Source: a virus. Taken from it: DNA of 39,856 nt. Below are positions 9,201 to 17,434 of this stretch, in pieces (positions within the stretch are counted from its first letter, which is position 1; each line of letters begins with the position of its first letter). Location of the stretch: positions 1 to 39,856 of IMG/VR virus record IMGVR_UViG_3300045988_044783; one strand, given 5' to 3'. The translations under genes and the position numbers were made by a program. The notes beneath the pieces were generated by a model that made no database searches, had not been told where the DNA came from, and was given only the letters and a program-made list of their open reading frames with translations.

Positions 9201-9368
9201 AGTAGGGTCAAATGATGGCAGATTGGTAACTGTAAACTGAAACGGCGGCAATTCGGTTGTACTAAACGGCAAAGCGAACTCCTTACCATAGGCGTACCAT
9301 TTTTTATACGTAGCTTTCTGACTTTTCTCTCTGAAAGCTAACGGACTAAAGTTGTTGAATGTATTCAT
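3279..9368 (-). CDS. Giant tail fibre / host-specificity (receptor-binding) protein, 2029 aa
   Basis: Largest ORF, located downstream of the tape measure and Dit-like genes. It has a coiled-coil segment (AADKAAQDAANAAQSAQEAKDRLNKW), four tandem modules each ending in W-[SI]-P, an Ala/Ser/Asn-rich linker and a C-terminal globular domain. Confidence 0.75.
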   Translation of the reverse strand: MNTFNNFSPLAFREKSQKATYKKWYAYGKEFALPFSTTELPPFQFTVTNLPSFDPTTVEVFLVNEATGVRSGTGIKTKVDTMDEHNSVLYVSPGSNVYAKSVEPGVYRAEFTIPKGETYVSTPICVTEGIETNTNFVKLEYWNDEKLAYPNGFVTTGTDNDFKFQMYIPTTFFKPKYEFEEEITKRAGYKFLELQTCNKVFGFNFLAPEYICDALRLVRLSDYIRFTHDGEYYNALNFEYNPDWQDNGYLAAIECQFETDTIIQKLPSFNRRDRESFYNALLADIDTPILFSPDVVGLYYREYKQGEPTIKGKLIRELSPIDLIDENTTIAVDMGAGEARKFNLYRMLEGYISKNHEDVTEFLLSLRGGVNIGTPNTSGEYPASVDRDGNAKLKDIQGNDATLNNVTGKDATFKTVETGFLTVNKTSATIDGMGNANVNDLTARGDSMLRSDVYTGSKNGSHTGKITKEGQLQYLSAIIYEFLSSETFVPGFLGEGFKIWLENGNWHIECDNLTVRQTMNIFELLIQKIRSVNGAIVVSQSNGKLSAVEEVGTQYKLTTGEEFPTFQEGDLVRCQTFAGYQGAGLTFDFTQFAKYDYSGGVFDSSLIDVTPDSISFNLNDTGNSGFAFYKFSESSPTPIEIPSFTLTLEGGYPGMMAFAAGLDSNDSPVEGVGVLLQNGDNVIPAIKAAQGIHNFAITITGDSGHGDGKVTVKQKKAAGSAPNNSLVKFYWVEVKAVDGASFFADKAEFNGVVPAVGDEVVQMGNTKNAERQALIYITAQESGKPYIEILNGVKTKSLTGTDRTRLGDLSNIVDPDFTGEAAVKGTGFYSTNAFLKGIFVLRNGKRVEDEIKIAKDAADKAAQDAANAAQSAQEAKDRLNKWADDGFISPTEKPALIDEGKRIQAEYLQIKANADKYGVLVAEYTEAYNNYLNELRYHSAAAPEDIAVRPELVQSQTAYYDKRNGALNAIADAAKGYVDEADKKLKDYLDTEITAIPGKIELAVRSMKTADVNLLKGSYEEKANNSYRFAAYNYDTPVIDGKEYTLTVCYTIGSGNTNIGVYSNVGTNRIANLTTKGERVIESTKVTMKGYKPGEPLSFYQFPNGAFGSKVHWAVLTDGNLGVTSWIPSTSEKNVGLKNLCSFKRIVDSGFTYASDYKDDGTFFIDLVKLNAESHAHSPIKDMFGLTYDPNKRYYIFCDYFSYDNPPTSDNQATLTIFVNYTDGSRDLAVYLGKDKYLNNYFLTNKPIKSLSGTYGYFFHPRVRLGVYETNFPVSWSPAPEDQLYQSVKYTDTQILAVDGKIALSVKTQLEKSTIGGNNLLDGSKGYWFNESDYLSNVELVRDGDAGITRIKGNGFFNSYKRWMPVDKSEIRNGKEYTVGIDINVQGNYYNDGYFWVNIRRYEDSQEIMLAHEQVYIENKPNWVRYYVTVKTPDSGNPNDWLFLCGFSGNNETNDVGVSYYYRNINMTDGSIGASWSPSANDTYNKSVEYTTQQISIVEGKISLEVSKEIQNTQFGGNNLYSYTSSQLNQMSSSDMTIKRDLANHGFHLVGNSSGNSHIRIPNIIPPITGKYTVSGWIRGSQNTTPGITIDVCDSDTYRVRATPDNNWSFFKHTFDVSKNASLPEVYNFVDIEEISWAYIWVKDFKVEFGEVATAWSPNEQDPVYKSAEYTNSKIDVTNQSITAAVQRISATENRLTSAELKLTDTSAKLSVVEGKADGAQSTANSANSAAGAAQSTANAANSLAGTANNKADATNNGLVETGINITSRKIVLKSDNVLFQNNAGQQTAALNANGRLSANVIEAGEVVANGFAAQRITTGNLTVTDGAVIAGMTITGGVLTGKNINITNGARVGSFTISSGIFSAQEVPAGIQMTLAGNAATFDSSGVRVENNSGGYALTTTGKGKIFLTGSDFWVQCKDVDFMGAQTWKAPGVFYACTILANGAIGKTWGNPDFHITRVIKNSTGRYTVYTTGSNGDYFVMITGYNVNSWLSTTVEPYSEGEFTYKVFDVNNGMADSAVIIYFCGMVR

Positions 9369-9391
9369 GTTTATAAAAATTTAATTATTTA

Positions 9392-9399
9392 GCAAATAT
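9392..9399 (-). promoter_or_regulatory. -7 box TATATTTG upstream of the tail-fibre gene (no clear -33)
   Basis: caaatata on the plus strand, 24 nt upstream of the ATG at 9368 and immediately after hairpin 9406-9427. Confidence 0.4.
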
Positions 9400-9400
9400 A

Positions 9401-9427
9401 CGAAAATACCCCCTATTAAGAGGGGGT
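9401..9427 (-). terminator. GC-clamp hairpin with U-run; the stop codon of the 724-aa gene lies in its loop
   Basis: Minus strand: TACCCCCT-cttaat-AGGGGGTA-TTTTCG. The loop (9414-9419) contains the TAA at 9416-9418. Confidence 0.55.
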
Positions 9428-11590
9428 ATATGTGAGTGAAACGGTTATTTCACGGGTAGTCAAGTCCTCAGTCATGGTTAGAGGCTTCCCGTTTCCGACA
9501 TCGGTAGTCATTAGCTTAACAGGATCGGGCGTTGTGTCGTAGGTGAAAGACAAATCTTGCGTCATGCTCCGCCTCAGCCGTTGTACAGTCACCGTTTTAT
9601 CTCCTTCGTGTTCAATGTTGGCGGCTGGCATATCGTACATGTAATACTTCACAAGGTGTAGGAATGACATATAACCGTTTTGGGGCGTGACGGTGTAGTT
9701 GTTACCCGACTTATCCGTCAGCGGCACCGTAACAAACGGAAGTTCCCATTTGCCGGACTTTTGAACCGCACCAAGCAACGCAAAACCATCTGAGGAAAAG
9801 TCGCCAGGGGATAACAGCATATAATCCACATCAGATGAAAAGTTAGCTACTCGAATATCCTCTTTCTTCCCCTCCTGCACGTAGTTTGACTTAACATCAA
9901 TTGGGAAGCCTGCAAAGGTATTAGTTGTGTCGTCCATCCATGAAAATTCAAAGCGTGACGGCAGGTCTGTTTTATCATACTTAAGCGTGTTGGTCTTAAA
10001 CGTGAATAGTTGCCCACTCTTTGCATACCTCAACTTAGTTAAGTCTATACCGACCGTACCAGTACCCGTATAAGAGCCTCCGGACATGAAGTATGATATA
10101 TGCTCAATTCTCAGTTTATCACCGTCAATAAACCAGTACAGTCTCATAGTGTCACGAAGCATTTTAAATATGTCGCTGAGTGTCGTTTCTGCCTTCTTAG
10201 CGGGCTGATCGTATTCACCCTTTAGAATGTTACTCTTTGGAGTGATAAAGACTCTAAAAGGTGCGCCAGTCAACGGAATGGACGTACCGTATAAGAAACG
10301 TGAATATTCCTCTGTGGCTTCGTGGTGCAACGTTGGGTCTACCTGTGTGAGTAGCGTCTTTATTACGTCACTGATGGCAAAGGAGTGCTTAAGAATGTAC
10401 TTCTTTCTTGCACGTTCTTCAAGGGCGTTATAGGATAGACCATACTCAAACCATATAGACATATTCCCCCACCTTGACCGACACACCGGATACAGTTTAC
10501 CCGCTCCAACAACGGCAGGGAGAAAGTTATCTACAAAGTATTTGCCTTCATCGTTTACGCCATATTCGGTGGGGACTTCCTGCACCTTTGTAGACGTATA
10601 GAAATAGTTTCCCACAAGCGGTGCGGCATACAGGTAATTACTATTAGTCGGGTAAACATCTTCGGAAGATAATCTTCCGGTAGGTTTTCCGTCCAACTCA
10701 GGAAGGTCAAGCAGCAAACGCTGAAATATCTTTTGAAGCAATACGGTATTTCCACCGAATGACTTAGGGAATGTAGGCTCTTCTACTACCCTATCAAACG
10801 TAATTTCAGAAACATCTATATAGAAATAGCTATTATCCTTCCATGTGATTATTTGTGATCTGTAAAGCTTTACACCGTCCCTGTTTTCAAGTGACAGATA
10901 GCCGAAATTAACATCTCCGCCATAATTCCATTTAATTGAATAGCTCCCGTCCAACTTCGTGTATGTTCCGTTCGTCCCGTAATACTTACCGTTAAAAGAT
11001 TGATATGGGACTGCCTTAACTTCTACTTCATTATATGCAGCAAAGAAAGCAAAGTAGTGTTTGTTAGTCAGCTCGTTACTATCCGTAACCACGTTATACA
11101 CGTCAGTTTCATATTGAGTCCCCGCAAGGTAGTTAGATATTGTTCCAGCACCTGCAATATAGACCTGCACAAGCGGACGCTTATACACGCCTATCTGAGT
11201 CAAGGCAGGTGCAAGTCTGATTAGGTCATACTTATTCTCAATGTTCTTCATTATGCCGGAATATGCGTCCTTCGGTGATAACTTAACCTTGCAACTCCGA
11301 TTGTCGTTATCTATCTCGCAATCAGTCTTACTGAAATACGCTTCATAAATGACAGTATATTGCGCCTCCGTCTGTCCTTTGTCCTTTTGTTCGATAGTCA
11401 TGTAGATCACATCCTCAATGCTCTTATTCTTTATTAACAAATAGTCCGCACCGATGAAAGTGAGGCTACCTTCGATTGTTTCTCTAAAAAACTCCTGTTG
11501 ATTCTCTTTGCCGAACTTCCGTTTTAGTTCGGTGTAAAGAGGGTGTACAATGACACCCCCGATTTTAAACCTTAAGTCCTTTACATTCAT
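9416..11590 (-). CDS. Distal tail / baseplate-like structural protein (724 aa)
   Basis: Assignment is by position, between the tape measure (ATGA overlap) and the fibre. No motif recognised with certainty. Confidence 0.5.
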   Translation of the reverse strand: MNVKDLRFKIGGVIVHPLYTELKRKFGKENQQEFFRETIEGSLTFIGADYLLIKNKSIEDVIYMTIEQKDKGQTEAQYTVIYEAYFSKTDCEIDNDNRSCKVKLSPKDAYSGIMKNIENKYDLIRLAPALTQIGVYKRPLVQVYIAGAGTISNYLAGTQYETDVYNVVTDSNELTNKHYFAFFAAYNEVEVKAVPYQSFNGKYYGTNGTYTKLDGSYSIKWNYGGDVNFGYLSLENRDGVKLYRSQIITWKDNSYFYIDVSEITFDRVVEEPTFPKSFGGNTVLLQKIFQRLLLDLPELDGKPTGRLSSEDVYPTNSNYLYAAPLVGNYFYTSTKVQEVPTEYGVNDEGKYFVDNFLPAVVGAGKLYPVCRSRWGNMSIWFEYGLSYNALEERARKKYILKHSFAISDVIKTLLTQVDPTLHHEATEEYSRFLYGTSIPLTGAPFRVFITPKSNILKGEYDQPAKKAETTLSDIFKMLRDTMRLYWFIDGDKLRIEHISYFMSGGSYTGTGTVGIDLTKLRYAKSGQLFTFKTNTLKYDKTDLPSRFEFSWMDDTTNTFAGFPIDVKSNYVQEGKKEDIRVANFSSDVDYMLLSPGDFSSDGFALLGAVQKSGKWELPFVTVPLTDKSGNNYTVTPQNGYMSFLHLVKYYMYDMPAANIEHEGDKTVTVQRLRRSMTQDLSFTYDTTPDPVKLMTTDVGNGKPLTMTEDLTTREITVSLTYTPS

Positions 11591-14500
11591 TTCGTCTTTA
11601 TTATACGTTTAACATTTCCTTTCACCTCAATTATCGTACCGTCAGCTCCGGTTATAAACTTGTGTCCGGCACTCTCCTTGATAGACTTCAAGTCACGTTC
11701 GACATTAGACAAATCTACGTTGCCTCCCTGCATGATATTCGTGACTTCATCAGCACCTGAATAGGCGTTTAGGTATTTCTGTTCAAAAGTACCTTTATTC
11801 AGTGAATTAATCAAGTCCGGAACTAAGCGTCTATAACGTTGAGATGAACGTTTGTTGATTACAGCGAAATATTCACCACGCTCTACCCGTCTGCGCTTAC
11901 CGTCCTTCGTTGTGCCTAAATCAACGTCATTGCCCGAAGCATGTGAGCCTCCGTAATCAATCATTTCTACCGTACCATCACCGTATTCCTCGGTCTGGTC
12001 TGAGGCTTTAGATAACTGAGAGGCTTTGATCTTAGCGAAAGCAAAAGACCCCCACATAAGAGCGATTGCAGGAATAGCCGCGAGTCCTAAATCTTTCCAC
12101 AGGTTAGCGGTCGCAGTTACCAAAGAACTTGCCTGCATAAGCGTATCTATTCGTTCTTGCTGCTTCTGTGCTCTCTTCTTATCCCTCAGCGCTTTTTCCT
12201 GTTGTTTGCGTGCAAAATCAAGCTCTTTTTGTGCGGTTGCTACGTTGTTGGCGTATCCGTTGGCTCTCGCTTGTATCTCAGCGTCCAGTACCTTTTGACG
12301 TGCTGACACTTCCTTTTCGGCTGCCTGTACAGCTTTCTCAGCAGCCTCTACCCTTGCTTGTGCCACGCTCTTAAGATTCTCTATTGCGTACTCCGAAGCG
12401 TCTGCAATGGACTGCTTAAATTCCTCTGAACGCTCTTTGCCGGACTTTCCGCCCTTGTCACCGAACGCACCTCCGAACACCAGATCAAACAGGTTACCAA
12501 ATACACCTTGTTCGGAATCCCAACCGGACGCTTTTTGCTTGATGGCATTGTCTATACCTGCGATAGTGTCCTCAACCGTCTTAATCTCGTATCCCGTAAT
12601 CTGAGAACCGTACAATCGTGTTAGCTCTAATATTTGTTCCCACTTTTGCCGCTCAGCATTTAACCGAAAAGCTTCCAGCTCTTTAGCTGATCGTTGTACA
12701 ATGTTAAATTCGGCTTCGCTTGCTTGTTGTTCTTGCTGCAAGCGGAACACAGACCGGGATATTATACGATTATTCTGATCATTCGTGAAGTCCTCCCGTA
12801 GCTTGATAGACGCCAATTGATATGCACGCTGTAATATCAATAGACGTTCGTTCTTTACCGCTTCTGTGTCCGTAGACTGTTTAATGCGTAGTTCATCTTG
12901 TTTCCGTTCGTTTTCAAGCAAGTAAGTTTGCAACAACAGTCCTTCCCCAGTTCCGGCACGCACAGCCCTCAGACGCTCGTTCATAAAGTCGTGCGCTTTC
13001 TGCAAGTCCTCCAATTCCCACTTTTCACGCAACTTTTCCAAATCCCTACGTAGTTTTGCCTCTATGTTATAAACGGTATCAGCATATTGTTGCGTAGCTC
13101 TTTGCTTTTCCGTTGTGTCCTTTTGAAGTTTAGCAAGTTCCGCCCTCGCTGCCTCTCTTATCTCCGCTTCTTCTTTCTTTCGGGCGTCTGTGATCAGAGC
13201 AACACGACTTTCTTCGTAGGCTTTTAGCAAGTCGAACTCTTTCTTCTTGCTATCCGTATTTGTGTCCTTACCAGTCAGAGAATCAACGGTAACATACTTA
13301 GTAAGGTTTTCCATTGATTTAGCTAGCACCTTTTGCCTTAAGGCTACCTTTTCAGCTTCATCTCCGTACTCCTTAATATCGTCTTTAAGTTTATTAACAT
13401 TGCTTGCCGTTGCTGCATAGTACTGACTTGCTGCCTGTGTAGACGTTGCGGTTATGGTAGTTGATACCTTTGCGGTGTATTGCTCAGCTTTTGCGAGTTC
13501 GCCCTGTGCCTGTACCTGCTTTGTTAATAGACCGATTCTCTTTTGGTCTGTCTCTATAAACTCTTTTTGCAACTCTGTAATCTTATCCAGTGCGGCACGT
13601 GCTTTTGCATTCTCTGTAATAGCCTTAGTTGCCTCCTTGTATGCTTTAGACGCTTTCCCTAACTTTATTTCTTCATCGCTTAGGTTTTTAAAGTATTCGG
13701 GATACTCCTTTTTCAATGCCTTAACCGCTTTCGTCCTTTCGGTTGTAGATTTAGCGTTGTTTGTAGCTGTTTTGTACAGCAAGTTGAGTTTTAAAGTCTC
13801 TTTCGCTGTCTCTAAGCGTGCGTTTTGCATAGCGTCTACCATGTGTTTAAGGCTGCTTGTCAAGTTATCTACCCTTTTCTTTCCGGTGAATAAGCTTCCT
13901 ATCCAGTTTATTATATCCTTACCCCAAATCGAGAATGCAGTAAGCACAAGTACCATAACTGTGTTAAACGAAAACATCGCCTTAATAAGTTTCCCGGTTA
14001 TACTTACTTGAGCCTCACCCGCTTTTGCTGCTGCTTCATTTGCAGCCCTCAGTTTTTGTATCTCGTCTATCACCATCGGAACGTTATTGGAGATAGCGAG
14101 GAAGAAGGTATTTGCACTGATGGCGAGTGATGGCAACTCCCGTGCAACCTGTGACACTGAGAAACCTAAACCGTCAAACGCTTGCTTGTAATTACCCACG
14201 CTTAACGTGTGCTTTCCAGTGCTCTTTTGATACTTATCCATCGCTGCGTATATCTCAGCTGTTTGCTTAACAAGTCTCTTTCCAGCTTCTGTATTCTCTA
14301 GATACGACTGCGAAAGATTGTTCATCTTAATCTTGTTTAGCTCGTATTGTGCGGACAGGGCATTGTAGCTACCCGCCATTGAGTTATTAAGTTTAGCTAC
14401 TAACTTATTGAGGCGTGTTTGGTCCGTCTGCTGCTGCTTCAATACGGCTATCTCCTTAGCGGTATCCGTCATAGCCAACTTTAAATCAACTTCCGCCCTT

Positions 14501-14730
14501 GCAAGTGAACGTACTTGTTTCTCGTAGGAGTCTATCTTTTTGCGTCCTTCCTCAGTCGCACCGCCTCCCTCGCTTAGAGGCTTTTGCAGTCCTTTCGCAC
14601 CTTCCTCGACACGCTTTAACATTGTTTCATACAGCTTTTGCAGTTGCTCCAACTGCTTAACCGCCTCCGATATGCTGTTATCCGGCTGTATCAGATCGCT
14701 ATATTTTATTCCTTTAACATCGTTTGCCAT
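11587..14730 (-). CDS. Tail tape measure protein (1047 aa)
   Basis: Long Lys/Glu/Ala-rich coiled-coil sequence with hydrophobic segments (FFLAISNNVPMVIDEI, VMVLVLTAFSIWG, AAIPAIALMWGSFAFA). Size and position are typical of siphovirus tape measures. Confidence 0.85.
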   Translation of the reverse strand: MANDVKGIKYSDLIQPDNSISEAVKQLEQLQKLYETMLKRVEEGAKGLQKPLSEGGGATEEGRKKIDSYEKQVRSLARAEVDLKLAMTDTAKEIAVLKQQQTDQTRLNKLVAKLNNSMAGSYNALSAQYELNKIKMNNLSQSYLENTEAGKRLVKQTAEIYAAMDKYQKSTGKHTLSVGNYKQAFDGLGFSVSQVARELPSLAISANTFFLAISNNVPMVIDEIQKLRAANEAAAKAGEAQVSITGKLIKAMFSFNTVMVLVLTAFSIWGKDIINWIGSLFTGKKRVDNLTSSLKHMVDAMQNARLETAKETLKLNLLYKTATNNAKSTTERTKAVKALKKEYPEYFKNLSDEEIKLGKASKAYKEATKAITENAKARAALDKITELQKEFIETDQKRIGLLTKQVQAQGELAKAEQYTAKVSTTITATSTQAASQYYAATASNVNKLKDDIKEYGDEAEKVALRQKVLAKSMENLTKYVTVDSLTGKDTNTDSKKKEFDLLKAYEESRVALITDARKKEEAEIREAARAELAKLQKDTTEKQRATQQYADTVYNIEAKLRRDLEKLREKWELEDLQKAHDFMNERLRAVRAGTGEGLLLQTYLLENERKQDELRIKQSTDTEAVKNERLLILQRAYQLASIKLREDFTNDQNNRIISRSVFRLQQEQQASEAEFNIVQRSAKELEAFRLNAERQKWEQILELTRLYGSQITGYEIKTVEDTIAGIDNAIKQKASGWDSEQGVFGNLFDLVFGGAFGDKGGKSGKERSEEFKQSIADASEYAIENLKSVAQARVEAAEKAVQAAEKEVSARQKVLDAEIQARANGYANNVATAQKELDFARKQQEKALRDKKRAQKQQERIDTLMQASSLVTATANLWKDLGLAAIPAIALMWGSFAFAKIKASQLSKASDQTEEYGDGTVEMIDYGGSHASGNDVDLGTTKDGKRRRVERGEYFAVINKRSSQRYRRLVPDLINSLNKGTFEQKYLNAYSGADEVTNIMQGGNVDLSNVERDLKSIKESAGHKFITGADGTIIEVKGNVKRIIKTK

Positions 14731-14735
14731 ATAAT

Positions 14736-15476
14736 TTACTTTTTAGCTTTTTTACTTTGTCTTTTAATCATCTCGAATGCTGAGTAGAAATCAAATACGG
14801 TCATGTCCTTTGCATTGAGGTGCATCTCCTTTGTGATTAGCAGGCACATCTCCGCAAACTCCTTATCCGACTGTACCTCCACTGACTTCTCACCTTGAAA
14901 GCAGCGAGGCGGGTAGAATACCGTTAATTGATCGGTCAACGACTGTATTTCCTCGCCTCTATCCGTCCCGTTCGCTGTTTGATCTAACATTGCGGTTAGT
15001 AGCTGCAATTTCAGATCGTAGTACTCCTTGATCTGAGGGCTATCGCTCAATGAAGGGAAGTACACCGACATCTCACCCTCTATTTTTTTTTTGACCGCCT
15101 CGTTTGCCTCTGATAGCTCCGAAACGGTTACATCTGATAGAATGGTGTGTATTTCCTGCAATTGCTCGTCCGTTATGTATACCGGATACTCCTTCCCGTC
15201 CAACGACTTAACGAACGCACCGAAAGCAATCATGCCAGGGTGAATACCATTCATAGCCATGTTGAACGACTGTCTGAGGTTTAATAGTTCGGTGTGCGTG
15301 TGATCTGGGTTAGTCTTGCAGTACAGAATAGCCCGTTTCAGGTGGGTATCCAATTCCTCAATAGTAGAGCCTACACCGGAATCAACCAACATCAACCGAT
15401 TGAACTTTTGATACCTCGCAATAGGCAGCGAGTCAATCCCTTCATACAACTCCACTTCATGCTGTCCTACTTTCAT
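14736..15476 (-). CDS. Tail assembly chaperone candidate (246 aa)
   Basis: Immediately upstream of the tape measure. Helical, acidic sequence. Contains an A10 run (15083-15092). Confidence 0.35.
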   Translation of the reverse strand: MKVGQHEVELYEGIDSLPIARYQKFNRLMLVDSGVGSTIEELDTHLKRAILYCKTNPDHTHTELLNLRQSFNMAMNGIHPGMIAFGAFVKSLDGKEYPVYITDEQLQEIHTILSDVTVSELSEANEAVKKKIEGEMSVYFPSLSDSPQIKEYYDLKLQLLTAMLDQTANGTDRGEEIQSLTDQLTVFYPPRCFQGEKSVEVQSDKEFAEMCLLITKEMHLNAKDMTVFDFYSAFEMIKRQSKKAKK

Positions 15477-15727
15477 TCCTCACCTCCTTTCTCAAATAGA
15501 ATTGACACCGCATCAGAGTCGAGGCAATAGATGTGCCCTTTTGCCTCCTTAATCAGATAATCACCCTTGTAACACTGCATAAGTCTTCCGTTAACTTCAT
15601 ACGTTCCCATGTTTTCAGACTCCGAAAGGATAGAGACTGCATCGGTAAAACTCTGCAAAGACTTTATGCCATCATACTTGATAATATCAACCGTTTCAAA
15701 CGGTGGTAATACGCTATTATACTCCAT
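15473..15727 (-). CDS. Hypothetical protein (84 aa), tail-operon gene
   Basis: Track ORF with ATGA overlap to the next gene. Confidence 0.6.
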   Translation of the reverse strand: MEYNSVLPPFETVDIIKYDGIKSLQSFTDAVSILSESENMGTYEVNGRLMQCYKGDYLIKEAKGHIYCLDSDAVSILFEKGGEE

Positions 15728-15732
15728 ACTGA

Positions 15733-16035
15733 TTAAATTAAGATTCTACAAACAGGTGCAGCGAATAACGGTGTAGCGAGGAATAACGGCTCACCGAATG
15801 AAATAGCGAATATCACAGATAACACATACGAAGCCCAAAATGACAGGCAGAAATTACACCCAGCCAACCGGTACATGAAGCTACGATTGTATGCAGGGAA
15901 TAGTTTGTTAATCCACAGATCACCGAATACCTGCAATCTTTCGATCACCCCCAACTTTCGCAATAAACCAACGACAAAAGCCGCCATAAACGCCACCAAA
16001 AGCGCACAACTTAATAGTAAATTAACCTTTTCCAT
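15733..16035 (-). CDS. Small integral membrane protein, DUF1360-like (100 aa)
   Basis: Hydrophobic segments and a GCNFCLSFW motif resembling the C-x-W-C-x-x-x-W signature of DUF1360. First gene after promoter 16058-16087. Confidence 0.4.
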   Translation of the reverse strand: MEKVNLLLSCALLVAFMAAFVVGLLRKLGVIERLQVFGDLWINKLFPAYNRSFMYRLAGCNFCLSFWASYVLSVIFAISFGEPLFLATPLFAAPVCRILI

Positions 16036-16057
16036 ATTCTAACATATTAGTTTTGTA

Positions 16058-16087
16058 CAAATGTATGAATAAATAGCGAAAAACAAA
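16058..16087 (-). promoter_or_regulatory. Bacteroidota-type promoter TTTG-N18-TACATTTG for the tail operon
   Basis: caaatgta at 16058-16065 and caaa at 16084-16087 on the plus strand. A second TACATTTG lies at 16141-16148. Confidence 0.6.
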
Positions 16088-16149
16088 ACACATTGATAAT
16101 TAAAAGGTTAGTCTGAATCGCTCCGAGGCGGGATAAAAAGCAAATGTAT

Positions 16150-16179
16150 ATAAACAAGAAAAGGAGGCGTTAACCTCCT
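16150..16179 (-). terminator. Intrinsic terminator after the 106-aa gene
   Basis: Minus strand: AGGAGG-ttaacg-CCTCCT-TTTCTTGTTT. Confidence 0.5.
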
Positions 16180-16184
16180 ATTCC

Positions 16185-16505
16185 TTAAGACCGACAGCAC
16201 AACCAAAACGCCTCCGTCATCTCACGATTGACATAAAAGCGACCATTTCGATTCTCCACCATAGAGGATACGATTACCCATTCGCCATCGACAGACTGTA
16301 TATACCCTCTTTTATTCATCCATTCGACAAAAGCGTTCGCCTCGTCATTAAACATAATGCCGTCTACGCTTATCTTAATGTCTACCTGTATATCCGGCTT
16401 ATATTCGGGATTAACACTATTGTCGCACATATCAAGGAGAGCCTCCTTTTTAACCTGTTCCCAGTACTCAATCTGTTCGTCAAGTTGATTTCTCCATTCT
16501 TCCAT
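16185..16505 (-). CDS. Hypothetical protein (106 aa), paralog of 16507..16866
   Basis: Shares AFVEWMNKRGYIQ / NRNGRFYVNRE with AFLEYMESCGFIR / NRNRSYVQSE in the upstream neighbour. Confidence 0.7.
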   Translation of the reverse strand: MEEWRNQLDEQIEYWEQVKKEALLDMCDNSVNPEYKPDIQVDIKISVDGIMFNDEANAFVEWMNKRGYIQSVDGEWVIVSSMVENRNGRFYVNREMTEAFWLCCRS

Positions 16506-16506
16506 A

Positions 16507-16866
16507 TTAGATGTTTTTTAAATAGTTCTTATACAAAGCAATCAATGCAGGGTGACATAAACACCCCTTATCCTGCACAAACTTAACCCATTCGTGAATA
16601 GACACCCTTTCACTCTGAACATAAGAACGGTTTCTATTAACATTAATCTTTTTCATTTCCGTTCTGATGAAACCACAACTTTCCATATACTCCAAAAATG
16701 CTCTCGTTTCCTCTTTCAACAAGTCGTACACATCAACAAAGTCACAGGACGTCAACATAGACACTATTTCCTTGCCATTCGCGGAACTTTCTTTCTCGAC
16801 ACGCATAATTGTGTCATTGATTTGAGAACGTAGCTCAGAGAGCATTAAAATAACTTCTTCTTTCAT
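16507..16866 (-). CDS. Hypothetical protein (119 aa), paralog of 16185..16505
   Basis: Track ORF with the motif similarity described for 16185..16505. Confidence 0.7.
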   Translation of the reverse strand: MKEEVILMLSELRSQINDTIMRVEKESSANGKEIVSMLTSCDFVDVYDLLKEETRAFLEYMESCGFIRTEMKKINVNRNRSYVQSERVSIHEWVKFVQDKGCLCHPALIALYKNYLKNI

Positions 16867-16913
16867 AAGTCAACACTATTATATTAAAACTTTAATTTTT
16901 AAACTTTCGCTTT

Positions 16914-16958
16914 AATAGTTACTAAAAGTAAGTACTATACTTACCAAAAGTAACTATT
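16914..16958. repeat. 45-bp AT-rich imperfect palindrome (10-bp outer and 7-bp inner arms)
   Basis: aatagttact-aaaa-gtaagta-cta-tacttac-caaa-agtaactatt, read directly. Lies just after the stop of 16962..17219. Confidence 0.85.
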
Positions 16959-16961
16959 GGT

Positions 16962-17219
16962 TTAAGTTAATTCCTCGAACTCGTTCTTTACTGGAAGTTC
17001 TACGTATATTACATCGTACTTTCTTTCCAATACAGAACATTTAACTTGATCACAGTTAAACGGTATTTTTATTTTGGCAAAAAAGCACCCGGCACATAAA
17101 TTTTTGCATTTCGATTTGACGCACTGCAATAAATGGTACTTGCCGTCGTTATCTATCAACTCAAACTTTTCGCCTACCTCTAAATTTAACGGTAGACATG
17201 ATAAATCTAATCTTTTCAT
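16962..17219 (-). CDS. Small CxxC-x-F...C-x4-C protein, tandem paralog 3 (85 aa)
   Basis: CAGCFFAKIKIPFNCDQVKC aligns with the same Cys pattern in the two upstream genes. Confidence 0.7.
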   Translation of the reverse strand: MKRLDLSCLPLNLEVGEKFELIDNDGKYHLLQCVKSKCKNLCAGCFFAKIKIPFNCDQVKCSVLERKYDVIYVELPVKNEFEELT

Positions 17220-17434
17220 AACTTTACTTGTTTATAGGTTTGACACTTTCCCGTAGCCATGTCTACACATCGCATAAGCGGGCATATCTTTTTAAACTCC
17301 TTTTGTCTAAATAGGCATTCTCTGCATGATATTACATTGTTGCCCTCCATTGCTTGCACTCTGATCGTTTCCCCAGTAACTGGGTGATCTATTGTGAAGG
17401 TGTCATACAGTTCTACGCTTTTAAATTTTCCCAT
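17216..17434 (-). CDS. Small CxxC-x-F...C-x4-C protein, tandem paralog 2 (72 aa)
   Basis: CRECLFRQKEFKKICPLMRC. ATGA-type overlap with neighbours. Confidence 0.7.
   Translation of the reverse strand: MGKFKSVELYDTFTIDHPVTGETIRVQAMEGNNVISCRECLFRQKEFKKICPLMRCVDMATGKCQTYKQVKL

Noticed and set aside
3279-9368. Diversity-generating retroelement acting on the fibre C-terminus, or stop-codon reassignment.
   Set aside because: I found no reverse transcriptase ORF and no template/variable repeat pair. Very long ORFs (up to 2029 aa) are uninterrupted under the standard code, so recoding is unnecessary.
15083-15092. Canonical G/GT-type programmed frameshift at the A10 run upstream of the tape measure.
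   Set aside because: Both shifted frames terminate within 0-3 codons, so no extended fusion product is possible. It is kept only as a slippage or truncation hypothesis.
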